Source: the human T2T-CHM13v2.0 reference genome, Homo sapiens. From it: a stretch of 64,000 nucleotides of DNA. The stretch lies in NCBI RefSeq assembly GCF_009914755.1, contig NC_060925.1; one strand, given 5' to 3'. Shown here piece after piece: positions 44,051 through 59,155 of the stretch (within the stretch, counting starts at the first letter, position 1; each line of letters opens with the position of its first letter). The position numbers were made by a program, and so were the translations under genes. The notes under the pieces were generated by a model. That model made no database searches. It was not told where the DNA came from and saw only the letters and a list, made by a program, of their open reading frames with translations.

Positions 44051-44279
44051 GTAAGCACAATATCCCTATTTATTTTCAGTCCTACCTCAAGAAGTTCCTG
44101 GTACATAATAACAAAAGTTGGAGAGGTTGTTGGTTCAAATCTGGCCCCATTGCTTTGGGCAAGTGCTAGCTTGCCCACCCCTCCTTGGGAATCCTGTTTG
44201 ATGATCCTCTGTGAAAAGCAAAGTTCCATCAATGACTTGTTATCTAATCCCACACCCAGAAAAGCTCATCCTTGCCCAG

Positions 44280-44575
44280 TTTTTGTTTTGTTTTGTTTTG
44301 TTTTTTGAGGCAGGGTTTCACTCCTGTCTCCCAGGCTAGAGACGCAATCATGGCGCACTGCAACCTCCGCCTCCCAGGTTCAAGCAATCCTCCCGTTTCA
44401 GCCTCCTGAGTAACTGGGACCACAGGCACAGGCATGCCCAACTGATTTTTGTTTTTATAGAGACAGGGTTTTGCCATGTTGCTCAAGCTGGTCTCAAACT
44501 CCTGAGCTCAAGTGATCTTCCCGCCTTGGCCTTCCAAAATGCTGGGATTGCAGGCATCAGCCACCGTGCTCCGCC
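44280..44575 (-). mobile_element. AluJ
   Basis: TSD ttgcccagtttt on both flanks. Confidence 0.92.
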
Positions 44576-44934
44576 TTTGCCCAGTTTTAACTAGAATATG
44601 AATCTATCCTTATTTTCTGCTTTAATTGTTTAATTCATAATTTTGGTTCTGATTTATCTCTATGCATGCTACAGAGCACAATACCAAACAAAAACTGCTT
44701 CTTTTTTCCTGTTAGAAGTAAAAGTGCATGTACATTTCCCTGGATGCATTATGTTTTTAAGAGCTTTTTAAAGTTAATAAAATAATTTTGCAATTTGGTG
44801 TTATCAGCCATAGATTAGCACAATGGTTATCTTCTATAATTGGTTGATTAGCGAAATGTGAATTTTGTGTTGGCATCAAAATAAACTGAATGACCATTGA
44901 ACATTAACTTCCTATCTCAATTATATTCTTGTAG

Positions 44935-45039
44935 GAATATCCTGGAAATGAGCTTCTGCTTGTTTATGACAAAGACTTCAAATATGGACTTAACTTTTAT
45001 CTTATTGCAACTGAAGAGGGCAAAGAAAACTATTTAAAT
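44935..45039 (+). CDS. DNAI3: DNAI3 exon 5 (EYPGNELLLVYDKDFKYG...ENYLN)
   Basis: ttcttgtag| ... AAT|GTGAGC; 105 nt, phase 0-0. Confidence 0.93.
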
Positions 45040-45065
45040 GTGAGCAAACCCCAAGCCCTTGTAAT

Positions 45066-45296
45066 TTGTTTGTTTTTGTTGTGGTTGTGGTTGTTTTTGA
45101 GATAGGCTCTTGCTCTGTCACCCAGGCTAGAGTGCAGTGGCACAATCATGGTCACTGCAACGTCAATCTCCCAGGCCCAAGTGATCCTCCCACCTCAGCC
45201 CCCCAAGTAGCTGAGACTACAGGCGTGCACCACCACGTCAAGCTAATTTTGTTTATTTTTTGTGGAGATGAGGTCTCATATGTTGCCCAGGCTGGG
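45066..45296 (-). mobile_element. 5'-truncated AluJ
   Basis: Right arm and part of left arm; aatttgtt on both flanks. Confidence 0.9.
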
Positions 45297-45658
45297 CAAT
45301 TTGTTGATTAGCAGAAGGAAGCAGAAGCGGTACCTCTGCGGGGATCCCTATACATAGTGATGATTATTCTTGTTCAGCTCTGTTTCTTTGGGACCCAGAT
45401 CGGGTTCTGGCACCTAGAATAAGTAAGCAGTAAATGGGGGATGAACTAAATCAAGTATCTCAGGGTAGCAGATTTGCCCTTCGTTGACCTCGTGAGAGAG
45501 GAAACAGTGAATCTGGAGTACCGCTTTCCTTGTTCTCTTCTTGCCGTCTCCACAACTTTGAGTAAGTTACTGAGCCTCTCATTGGTAAAATGGTGGCACC
45601 ATTATTGCACATTTCCAGGGCTTTCATGAGGATTCATATAGGTAAAGCCCTTTGTTCA

Positions 45659-46147
<489 letters not shown>

Positions 46148-46785
46148 CTAACAGTTTATAATTAAAAATCATCTTTCATTTAGCCTTAACATTTTCAATT
46201 TTATTTTTATGATTGTTGTTCTGTTTTTAATTTTTTATTGTAATGAAATATTTTAAATGTTTAGAAAAAACTACAGAGTAGTATAACAAATATCTACACT
46301 TAATTATCCAGAATTTTAAAATATTAATTTTTATTATATTTACTTTAAAACTTTTTTAACAAAAGAAATAAATATTACAGACAATATTCCACTCCCTCTC
46401 GTATCCTCCCTAATTCCATTTTCTTCACTCCTCCCTATAAGGAACCATTATTCTAAATTGTTACATATTGTTCTTGTCTGTGGTTTTACACTTTACCATA
46501 TATTTATGTTCTACAATAATGGATCTTATAGTCTTATTAACTTAACATTCACATAAAAATTGTGTCATTTTTATACTCAGTCTGCAACTTCATTTTTCAC
46601 CAAATTATAAAATTCTAGGATCTATCAATATCAGTACATTTAGATACCATATATATGTAGGTCAAATTTGTTCATTATAACTGCTCTATGGAATTTTATT
46701 TTATGGTTTTACCACACTGTCATCAATCCATTCCTCTATTGATATTCATTTGGTTGATTTTTTTTTTTTTACTATTACAAATAAA

Positions 46786-46940
46786 GCAGCAGTGTGTGTA
46801 TATATATATGTGTGTGTGTGTGTATATATACACATCTATATGTAGAGATGTGTATATATATGTGTATATATATATCAGCAGTGTGTATATATATATATAT
46901 ATATATATACACATCCATATGTAGAGATGTGTATATATAT
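46786..46940. repeat. Complex (TA)/(TG) repeat made of two related units
   Basis: Read directly. Confidence 0.9.
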
Positions 46941-47176
46941 CTCTTCTTGTCTACTGTCTTTTTCTTTTTTCTATATGCTTGATACCTCTTTTTTCTTTTT
47001 CCCTTTTTTGCTTTGTTTCCTTTTCATAATTCAAAAGTGTGAATTGACAAAAAAAAGTAAAAAGGTGCTTAATGAATTTATATAAAAGTAAAGTTTGTTG
47101 CAAAATATATATATATATATAAAGCTATAACCTAAACTTGGGCATACATTGTAGAATGCTATTTATTTTACTTTAG

Positions 47177-47326
47177 CCCCCAGAAGTACCAGAAGAACAA
47201 GAAGAATATAAAGAACATATTCCTGAAGATGTGTATATTTATAAACCACCTGTCTCTAAACCATGGGTTTCTTTGGGCAGTGAAAAAGAAATTGAGGAAG
47301 AATCAGTTACGGAATCTACAAAGCAG
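47177..47326 (+). CDS. DNAI3: DNAI3 exon 6 (PPEVPEEQEE...KPWVSLGSEKEIEEESVTESTKQ)
   Basis: ttactttag| ... CAG|GTTAGA; 150 nt, phase 0-0. Confidence 0.93.
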
Positions 47327-47488
47327 GTTAGAGGGTTATATATGATCTGTAATCATTACCTCCCTGTAGCTGAACAACACTTATTCCTGAGGGATTCATA
47401 AGGTTTACTGTGTTTGCTATGGAGGCATAGTTTTTGGTGTGTTGTTTTGGTTTGCTTTTATAGAAGAATGGTCATTGTCTTAAGTGGG

Positions 47489-47951
47489 TGTTATGAGTTG
47501 AATTTTGTCTCCAAAAAATGGTATGTTGAACTTCTAACCTCCAGCACCTCAGAATGTGATTCTATTTGAAAATAGGGTCATTGCAGGTATAGCTATTTAA
47601 GATGAGGTCATACTGGAGTAGGGTAGGTCCCTAATCCAATACGACTGGTGTCCTTGTGATAAGATGGCCATGGGATGACAAAGAGACACAGGGAGAATGG
47701 CATGTAAAGAAGCAGGCAGAGACTGGAAAGATGGATACACAAACCAAGGAACACAAGGATTGCTGGCTGTCACCAGAAGTCAGGACAGAAACAGGGAACA
47801 GATTCTCCCTCAGAGCCTTCAGAAGGAAACAACCCTCAAACACATCAATTTCAAACTTCTAGCCTCCACAACTGTAAGAGAATAAGTTTCTGTTGTTTTA
47901 GGCCACCCCATTTGTAGTACTTGGTTATGGCAGCTGTAGGAAGCTAATATA
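47489..47951 (+). mobile_element. MLT1 (B/C-like) LTR
   Basis: tgttatgagttgaattttgtc...ttatggcagctgtaggaagctaata. Confidence 0.85.
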
Positions 47952-48461
47952 GTGGCATTCCCTCTCAAAGGAACTCCTGTGAGGGGGAATTGTGTATGAG
48001 TGGTTTATTAGGAAAGTGCCCCAGAAGAGAACATGACAAGCGCTGAACAGGGATATGGAGGAAGGCCTGCCAGGCTGCACTCTCAGGCAAAAGTCTGCAG
48101 AGGGAAGGCTTCAGCCAAACCCAAAGAGGTACTCTGAGTGTAAATTATACCTCAGAGTTGTCCCACACAGAAGCCAAGGAGAGGGGTTTATGTATCCCTC
48201 CTGCCAGTCCACCATTAGTCAAGATGAAACTGCCAGTTACTTCCTGTTCTTTGCACCTGCTGGCAAAGTGGTCCCAATAGCCCTAGAGCAGCCCTCCAAA
48301 GAGGAGGAGCGGGTGCTGCTCATGTGAATGGAAAGCATGCAGAGCTGGAGGTGCTCACAGAAAGTGCACAGAGGGCTCTGAGTGGATCTGAGCAGAGTAC
48401 CAACATTGCCTACACATCAGGGACTTCATTATGTTACCTTTACTGTTTACATGTGTTACAG

Positions 48462-48661
48462 ATTACATATATGATTTCTCGAAAACGAAGTGAATTTGGT
48501 GCACCAATTAAGTTCAGTGACCAGAATGCTTCCAGTGTAAAAGATGCCTATATTGAATGTACAGCCTACCCAGATAAAAATTTTACCCTTAAACAACTTG
48601 AAAAAGATGTTGGCATGCAAGTAATCCCCCAAATAAAGGACATAAGCACTCAGACAAAATG
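48462..48661 (+). CDS. DNAI3: DNAI3 exon 7 (ITYMISRKRSEFG...ISTQTK W)
   Basis: gtgttacag| ... TG|GTAAGT; 200 nt, phase 0-2. Confidence 0.94.
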
Positions 48662-48899
48662 GTAAGTATGTGATGGGTGTATGTAATTTTATAGCCAGTT
48701 ACAGTAAAATCTAGTAACTTCCATTATTATTTTGAGAGCTCTTTATAATAAATAGAAATGGATTAATGATGATGACACATAGATCTCCACAGAGTAATTC
48801 AATTCAGGAAGATCTAATTATATTCAATAATGCCTTTAAAAATCATAACAGGAAAATGAGATAGAAGTATGGAAGATTGTAAAGACTGGAGTGGGAAAA

Positions 48900-50310
<1,411 letters not shown>

Positions 50311-52177
50311 GAGGGGAAAAAAGAATGGAGGAGGGAAAACAGGAAGAAAAGGATGTAGGTAAGGAAGAATGTGCAGAATGATGACAGACTTGAATTCAGT
50401 GTTAAGTGAAGAGCTATGAAATACACAGTGAGACAAGTCATGACCAGGAGAATCAGGGCTCAGCACCATGGAATGCAATACAGAAGATACTTTTCAGATC
50501 TATGTGAACTAACAGGTTAAAAACCATGAAAGTGCAATGTTAAAGTCAGGGCATATATATATATGGACTCCAAAAGTTGGGCCAAGAAATGAGTCAGAAA
50601 CAAGAGAAGAAGATGAACAGACAGGCCAAAACAAGAGGCGGTAAAGAGAAAGGCAAGAATTGGTGGTCAAGTCCTGGCAGGGAAGGAGGACATCAGACAT
50701 CCATAAATATCAAGAAGTGAGGGCAAGAGAGGAAGGAGAGAGGTGATATATTAGTACAAATGAACTTGAATTTTGAGACAAATTTCTAAGTCAAGCCAGC
50801 CAGAGATTTATTTTATGTTCCTACTAGGGTACAGACAAGTACCAAGAATGAGTCAGCCAGGGTAGACTCAGTAGGTAGACTCAGAATACAGACTAATAAT
50901 AATAATATTGGCAGTGTTCCTACATAGAGGGAGTAAACAGATGAGAAATAAGGGCAGGTCTTGACCCACAAAATGAAAAAACAATTTTTTCAAAGAATTA
51001 AAAGGAACTCAAGTGGTTTAAACCTAGGTGACTGGGAGAATGCTGGTACCATGCATTACAAGCAGGAAATTGGGAAGGGTAGCTGGTATGAGGTAGAGAA
51101 AGTAGGATATGTGATTATATTGGAGGGAGTCAAGAAAAATCAAAGATGAAGTTCAAAGAATAATGACAGTGAAAGCAAATGCCTAGTGTTCCCACCACAT
51201 ACCAGGCATTCTTCTAAGTGCTTTACACACATCAATTCAATCCTCACAAGTGCTCTCTGAGGTAGGCACTATCCCCATTTTACAAATAGAGAAACTGAAG
51301 CAAAGAGAGGTTAAAAATGAAAGCCCAATGTTTCGGGCATAATTTAAACCTGAAGCAATAATGAATGGTTTTGCTGAAAAACAACAAAACAAATCATATT
51401 TCGAAAGTAAGAGTGACTCTTAGGCATGTTGCTACTTTGATAAAACCACCAAGCAATATATCATTTTGTTTTTTTTTTACTTAACCCTGTCTAGAGAGCA
51501 GAAATTAAAAGGTGAAGCTGAGAATTGAACCCAAGTCTCTCTGGTTCCAATACTAATATTATTTCTTTCTACCACTCTGCCTTCTGCTATGGATACTGAC
51601 CTAAACAAGGAAAAAAAATGAATTATTCTAAAAACTCCCTTTACCCCTTTGTCTGATTACTCTCCATTTAATATATTACCTCTCACAGAGACATTCTGCA
51701 TTGTGCTGACATTTGTTCAACAAACACAAATACTACATAATATTTTGTTGATCATTTAAAATGTGCTAGGCACTGTTTTTAAAGTTTTGCATGTATCAAC
51801 ACATTCAATCCTTACAATGACACTATGAACTAGCTACTTGAATAATTTCATTTAGAGATGAGAACACAGGCACAGAAGGTTAGATAATTGGCTCAGGGGT
51901 CATATAGCTAGTAAATGATAGAACCAGGCTTCAAAGCCAGGCAGCCAATCACCAGAATCCACACTCTTAATGATTGTGCCCTGTGACTTTTCCAAGCTCT
52001 ACATGCCAAGATCAAGGGCTCACCCAGTCTAATACTTGAGATTGATAAAGCCCAGAGGTACAATGCCATATGAGGTGTTCACATACAGAGGCCACTAAGA
52101 GCATACTAGATGGAGCAAGACTTCCTGCCACCATCACTGCTGAAATGTATCTTATTCCTAGTTTTGTATGTTTAGAG

Positions 52178-52360
52178 CAGAGTTTCTCAACTTCAACAAA
52201 TTGACATTTGGGGCTGGATAATTCTCTTTGAGGGAAGGCTGTCTTGTGCTTTGTAGGGTTTTTAACAGCATCCCTGGGATCTATTCACTAGACACCAGTA
52301 GCATGTCTAGGTTGTGACAACCAAAAATGTTTCTAGACATTGCCAAATGTCCCATGAGGG
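52178..52360. mobile_element. MER20 (hAT-Charlie); a second fragment lies near 55300-55425
   Basis: ttgacatttggggctggataattct ... gttgtgacaaccaaaaatgtttctagacattgccaaatgtccc. Confidence 0.85.
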
Positions 52361-52746
52361 GGTGAGGTGGACACTGACTTAGTGAAATGAAGAGAGAGAG
52401 AAAACAATAAAGATGGCAAAATGTTAATAATTGACGAATCTGGGTGAAGGGTGTGTGGGAATTCCTTATACCCTTCTTATAACTTTTCTATAAGTTTGAA
52501 ATGATTTCTAGGTAAAAATTTTACAAAAATAAGATTTTTTTGATTATGTTGGAGAGAAATTCATGTAGTCTTTGAATAGTGGTCAATATCAGTTGTCTAG
52601 GATAAAGAAAATTCAATGTATATAATTTAAATATAAAATAATATCCTAACATCATTGTCACAGAGACACACTTTTGACCTGTTGTGGCCCATATTTGCTC
52701 TTCTTTGACCTAATCTTTAGTATTGAATTTTCTTTTAATATATTAG

Positions 52747-52863
52747 GACATATCCTAAAAATGCTACTACGCAATATTATCCAAGAGAATTCTCAGAAGA
52801 GGAAAAAGAGACACTCAAACAATCAAAGCCTTTGGTTGATTTTCTTAACAATGCATCCATAAG
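52747..52863 (+). CDS. DNAI3: DNAI3 exon 8 (TYPKNATTQYYPREFSEEEK...NASI)
   Basis: atattag| ... AG|GTAAAA; 117 nt, phase 2-2. Confidence 0.92.
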
Positions 52864-54694
52864 GTAAAAAATTGCATATTAAATTTTAAAAATAAAACAT
52901 AAAATGTATATGTTTACATAGAATAACAGGTCTAAATAAACAATTCCATATAGGGTATCTAGATAAAAAGTATGAAGACAGTTGTCAGTGTGACACATTC
53001 TACAGATTCTCAATATTTATTTCCTTTCTATTGCTAAGCAACATCTTAGCCCTATCAAGCTAAGGCCACATCAAACTGTGTGAGGAGTTGAGTGTGTGAG
53101 GATGTTTTCCTAATTGCAGATTAACATTTACTTGTATTTACCATGGTTACTTTTACGTAATTCTTTTTCTCCACTCCTCACTCCTCTTCCTCATTAACTT
53201 TTTATAGGATGAGGAGAATGCTGTGGCCATTATTATGATGATAAGTATTTGCAAAAATATCTTTGTAGATGAGAACCTGAATTTAATTCAAATGTCTTTT
53301 TGGACATTTCACTCTTATCACCAATTCCTGTGTTCCTGCACTCTTACTGGCTTTGAAAGAGAAGCATCTTCAAAATGCCCCCTAAGCTGTTAGTAGGACC
53401 CTGGGTAGAGTTCTGGGGCTTCTAAACCAGAGAAACAGCTTGACAAGTTCTCACCAAGCTGATACTAGAGTTTAGAGAAGTGGATCCACTGGAGGACAAG
53501 TCTGCCAGTTATACTCAATAGGCTGGTTTCTATTTCTTTCTAAAATTAAAAACTTGGTGGTCAAGTTCATATATAGCCCAAGTTAAACTTTTTTATTTTT
53601 AAGAAATGTCGTTGGTTCTTTCATACTGGATTAAATATCCTAAAAATTCCAACAACTCTCAAAGTTGTTACTTATGCCTAGGGAGACTCTGGCTCAAAAA
53701 TTCAGTTAATGATTCAGAGAGAACATTATTTGCCACTCACAGGAAGGATGCTATAATTTTTGCTATACGGGCAATGAGATAGAAACAAGAAAACCTGAGT
53801 TTCACCCTCCCCTTATCAAAATTTAGTAGTCATTACAATTTTTCCTGTAAGAATATTCAAAATGAGAAGTTTGTTTACATATAATCAATATCCAGAGAAA
53901 ACTAGATCTTGAGGGAATAAAAAAATGTTCAAAATAAATCCACATTGTATATTATCTTTAGACCTGGGCTTTTATTCTTCCCTCTGAATTTCCATGCTTA
54001 TAAAGAAAAGAATAGTGGACAGCTTTATGATTCCATCCCTGAGATGTGGGAAGGAGAAGCCAGATCTATAAGAAGAAAGAGGAAAATTGGCACAGGAATT
54101 ATAATAGCACTGGCCCAGAGTGGATAAGAAACCCATGTTTATATCACTGCAAACATAACTTCCAGCTTTAAAACTGCTTAAGCTTTATTCAATAGTTTTT
54201 AATTAAGGTAAGCCTGATTTTGTTCTGGAAGAAAGCCCTTTTAGAAATGGGAAATTTCTTTCTCATAGAATTTTATCTAAAACAAACTTAAGGGAAGCAT
54301 TATTTGCAAAAGAAGGCAATGACATGAGATGAGAGAGAGGAACTTCAGGGGGATTCACAAAACAACTAAGAAACCTTCCTTTCGGGGTTAAAATTCCTAG
54401 ACAACAGTTTTGCTAGCCTCCAATTTGTTACTCTCGGGAGCTACATGGTTCCAGGAAAGCAAGAAACCGGAAACCAGAAGAAAGATGTGTTTTCACTTCT
54501 TCCGTTTGAATTACTTCCCCGTTCTGGCCAAGGAGGTAGAATCAGGAAACCAGAGCGAAAGCCACGTCTTTAACTTTTCTCTTGAGAATTCCCTTCTCAT
54601 TTGGGCTTAACCAGAAAGAAATATGATTTGGAAAATGCTTACTAATGCTTCTACTGGAAACTGTTTAAGCCTCGAGAGTCCGCTACACAGGGTT

Positions 54695-54845
54695 ATTCAA
54701 TGTTCAGTGTGCTTATGAATCACCTGAGGACTCTTGTTAAAATGCAGGTTCTGACTCAGTAAGTCGGGTGGAGCCTGCGACTCTGCATTTCTAACCGCCC
54801 CAGGTCATGTTGGTGGTCACTGGATCACACTTTAAGTGGCCAGGT
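54695..54845. mobile_element. MER5A-like hAT element
   Basis: gaatcacctg...cttgttaaaatgcag...tctgcatttctaac. Confidence 0.75.
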
Positions 54846-55426
54846 CTTAGGAAAGGGGTCTATTTTGAAAGATGAAATACAAGAAGAATTTAACCAAGGG
54901 AGGACTCAATTAGGCAATGACTGGTAGTGTAATGATCAATGACAGGGGTATCAAACGGTGCCCTTTTTTATATTTTAGGAGTATCTGTTTTTACTGTTTA
55001 TATTGAACTATCTAAAGGATTTTTTCTTATTTTAAGAAATTCACAATTGAGAACCACTTTTTCAACTTACCACACCTATATAAAACCAAGAAGTTTACAG
55101 TTTTGATCAGTAGGGTAAAACCTTGGGTGGCATTCTAATTGTGGGAGGGCTCTTAGCAACTTTGGGAGTATGCAGAGCTTTCAGATCTAAGCATAAAAAG
55201 GGACAATAACTATCATAGTAACTACTTTAAGACAGGAGCCTGTCAAACCAAGGTCCCTAGACTATTAGCAAATGATCCTAGCACTCAGATGGTATCTTAA
55301 AGGAGCAATGTTAGTATTTTTAGCAGGATAATTTTTCATTTTGGGGACTGTCTCATGCATTGCAGGAGGTTTGGTAATGGAATTAAACACAGTAGCACCT
55401 CCCAGGCATTGTGACAACTAAAACTA

Positions 55427-55453
55427 CACACACACACACACACACACACACAC
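55427..55453. repeat. (CA)n microsatellite
   Basis: Read directly. Confidence 0.92.
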
Positions 55454-56074
55454 TTCTAAACTCCAATTCTTCCCTTGTTCAGAATCTCTTATTTGTTGTT
55501 TTGAATTACATATGTATTGGGGCTATCCTGTTAAGGATAAGTGATCATTTAGTACAGAATATGCCTAAGAAAACTGCCATTTGTGACAGTTGGGGCTTTC
55601 CAGGAAGCAAATGACATCAAGTTAGAGGCAGACGTTTACTGAGGATTACACTGTGAAAAATAAAGGAGGAGGAGACAGGACCGGGAAGGTAGAGCATCAG
55701 ACAAATTCTCAGCCTACTCAGCAGGAGCTCCAGAGCAAAGATGCCTGCTGTGGGAGTGCTGCACAAGGAGGACTGGCCAGGCCCAGCCATCCCTGCAGCT
55801 GCATGCTCAGGCATTGGCCTGGAGAGAGTACAGCCTTGGCTTGGAAACTGAGGCAGATCATGAAGTTGCTCGAGGTTCTGAGTAACATGCCACCATGATG
55901 TTTTTTTCTCTTAAGTCATTTATTTCACATGAGGTTAATCATTATCACCAAATATAATTGAGAATTATTATTTTTTGTTCAGTATAAATGAAGGAGGAGG
56001 AGTTGCTAAGATAGTCACATTATTGGATACTAAAAACCAATATCTTAATTGCTTTTTTTATTTTTACAAATTAG

Positions 56075-56265
56075 TGTTGAAATAGCCCTGCAGCAAAATG
56101 AAATCATGAACACATTTATTGATGACTGGAAATACCTCGCAGAAGAAGAAGGCACCTTTGGGGACAAGACCGATACCCACCTGAAAGAGTACCAGTCCTT
56201 TACCGACCTTCATAGCCCAACGGAGAAAATGATTACCTGTGTCTCATGGCATCCAACTATCTATG
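56075..56265 (+). CDS. DNAI3: DNAI3 exon 9 (VEIALQQNEIMNTFIDDW...ITCVSWHPTIY)
   Basis: acaaattag| ... G|GTGAGA; 191 nt, phase 2-1; WD-like motif ITCVSWHP. Confidence 0.95.
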
Positions 56266-57047
56266 GTGAGATGGAAATGATGGGGATTCCCTTTTGTGAT
56301 AACATTGAAATTGTCTGTTGCTTTCATATGTAAAATTGCAAACTAGTTCAATGTCAATAAGACACCTTCCATTTGCTCTGTACTCACTAGGTACCTGCCA
56401 TGTGCTTTCCACGCCCTCACTGTCATGTGTCCTCCCAACAACCCTGTAGGATACACACCTGTCATTATCTCTGTTTCACAACAAAAGGACCCAAGCTCAA
56501 CTCAGGGAAGTGACTCGCCCAGGTCACCCAGATGGCATAAGGCAGAGTCTGGGTTGGGCTTGGGCCTGTTGCTCTCCCAAGGCTAAATTTCTTCCTCCTA
56601 ACACTGCCTTTCTGATTACTAGACAAGAGAGGAAATGTGCCTCCTTTAAAGAGCTCAGCAGCCAAGGGAGGTAGGTAGGGATGTGCAAAGATGGAAACAT
56701 GGAAAGAGAGAGGTATTTGTCCTCTTTCTTCCTCCTTTCACCCTACACTGGCCCTTTTCTCACAAAAAAGAAACAAAACAAGATTTTCTTTTCTTCCAAA
56801 ATCTTCTGAGTCCCCTGTATATTTTATACTAACAGTACATGTCAGTTTGGACCAGCCAGATTTCAAGTGCTAAATAAGTAGCATGTAACTAGTGGCAACC
56901 ACATTAGCCAGCAGAGCTCTAAGAAAACTCTTGCTCTCCTGTGGACAAAGTGTAAATGAAGAGTGGCTGTGTAGAAAAGCAAAAGCTAGAGACATCTCTC
57001 CATGTATAGTTGCTGCCAACTTTAATTTCTACATGTGTTTCCATCAG

Positions 57048-57172
57048 GGCTAATAGCTGTGTCGGTAGCCGTGCGACTTTCTTTTGAAGACAGAGTTCAC
57101 TTTTCTGGTAAATTATTGCTGCAGCCATCACTGATTCTTTTCTGGAGCTTCTCTGATCCTATACATCCTCAG
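57048..57172 (+). CDS. DNAI3: DNAI3 exon 10 (GLIAVSVAV...LILFWSFSDPIHPQ)
   Basis: tttccatcag| ... CAG|GTAATT; 125 nt, phase 1-0. Confidence 0.95.
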
Positions 57173-58547
57173 GTAATTAGGGAGAGTTGCCTACATAGCC
57201 TAAATTTTCAAATACTACTTTCATGTATACCTTTAGCAGTTTTTATTGCAAAGTACTTTATAATCATGTAATGTTGTAAACATTTATAAAGTTAGGCTTT
57301 CTTCAATGCAGAACTTGTCATCATTCAATTTGAGCAAAACTAAAGTTTACAATTTGTTTATTGAACAAATCAACATGCTATTTTTTTCAAAGATTGTAAG
57401 AGGAATGTTTAAACTATTTTTAAAACAAACTCTTTTATGGACTTTACTTGAATACTAATTGGTCAAATGCAAATAGATTTTAGTTTCACATGAGTTTCCT
57501 CAATTCCAAGGATCACTGGGTAATAAATAAAGGTGAATGTGTGGGAGAGCACTGGGGAGTGGTAGGGACTGCGGCCTTGGAGAGTGCATTATCCATCTCT
57601 AGGCTGGCTGCCCTCTTGTTGCCAGGTGGTCCCATTGTCAAGAGAATTGAGAAATTTGGAATTTTGTATGAAATCGCCCAATTTTAAATAGCTCAACTAA
57701 AACCAAGCCAAAACACACAAAAACCCCACTCAAACCAACCAAAACACATAGCAATTCAAATAAAATGAGGCTGAAGGCTGGGTTTGCTACACAGGGTTCT
57801 AGTTTTCATGGTCTGCTCAATAAGAGATCTGCCTAGTGGGTGGGTGGTGTATAGTGTTAGATTAAGTTATTTCAATGTTTTAAATATAATAATATTTTGT
57901 TTCTAAAAAGTATTCATAATTAAGACTTTCCCTAAAAAACCCTAGCCTCCCCTTCTTCCTTTCCCCAATTCATTTGAATTAAGGTAGTTTTACTGTAATA
58001 GATTCTAGATACTTTAATGATTATAGACCCAGAGATCAAATTGAAAGATCTCTAGCCCTTTCTTGTCAGCCACAAAAACAGAGCCACTCTCTCACTAGAG
58101 TTTTCTAACCTTTCTACCCTGTAGATCTCCTCTCCACTCCAGGAGTGCCTGGCTCAGTATTCAGCAAGCAACAAAACAGACACAGATCCTGTCCTCACAG
58201 AGCTTCCCTTCCATGGTTTTCAGGAACACTAATTTCATAGTCTTTTTGTTATAAACATTGTAACATGCTCCCAAAATAACTACAATTTGTTTCCACTGAG
58301 GGGTGGGTTGGGGAATACCTGGGTCCCCTTGAGAACATACTCACTGTCACTCGTATGGCCAATGTGCACAATAAAATTAAGCAAAAGCAGCTTTTAGTCC
58401 AGAGGCAGAACTCTGAGAATAGACTCTCTACGCACCTTGCTTATAGATAGCTATAAAATTAGACTTTTAACTGTCTTAATATTATTTTCTCGCCATGATC
58501 TTAATCTCTTTTCTCATTCTTTCATGAATTTGCTGGGTTTACTTTAG

Positions 58548-58637
58548 TTAATGCTGGAGAGCCCAGATGACATCTTCTGCTTCAAGTTCTGTCCGAGTGA
58601 TCCTAATATCATTGCTGGAGGCTGTATCAATGGGCAG
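58548..58637 (+). CDS. DNAI3: DNAI3 exon 11 (LMLESPDDIFCFKFCPSDPNIIAGGCINGQ), WD40 repeat
   Basis: ttactttag| ... CAG|GTACTT; 90 nt; dynein intermediate chain WD motif. Confidence 0.95.
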
Positions 58638-59065
58638 GTACTTAACAGAATTTTTTTCAGCTATGTATTAATGTAGACAACCTTTGGTAATAAGTTTTGA
58701 CTTGGCAGTTCCTTGGACTTAAGGATTCAATTCAGCAGAAGGAAGGCATGCCAATTGTGTGCCAGACACCACACCAGGAAGCAGGGTATAGAGACGTGTT
58801 ACACATGGTATCAGCTCCTGAGGTGTTCACGGGGTAACCCAGCTTCAAAACTGAAACAGAATTGGGTGAAATCTATTTGTGTTGCTGGGACTGAACCACA
58901 TATTGTATAAGATTCCATGGAAGAACAAAAGCTACAAGCATTACTACCTCTTGGAAAAAAAGGCCTCTTCTGAAATTTCCTTGGGAGTAGGAGTTAGGGG
59001 ATGATCCAGAACTTAAACAGAAATTCACTAGAAAGCATACACACATCACTGAATTTATAGGCAGA

Positions 59066-59155
59066 TATATGTGTGTATATATATATATAGATAGATTATA
59101 TATATATATAAAGATTATATATAAAGATTATATATAAAGATTATATATATATATG
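59066..59155. repeat. (TA)n-rich repeat with reiterated aaagattatatat units
   Basis: Read directly. Confidence 0.9.
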
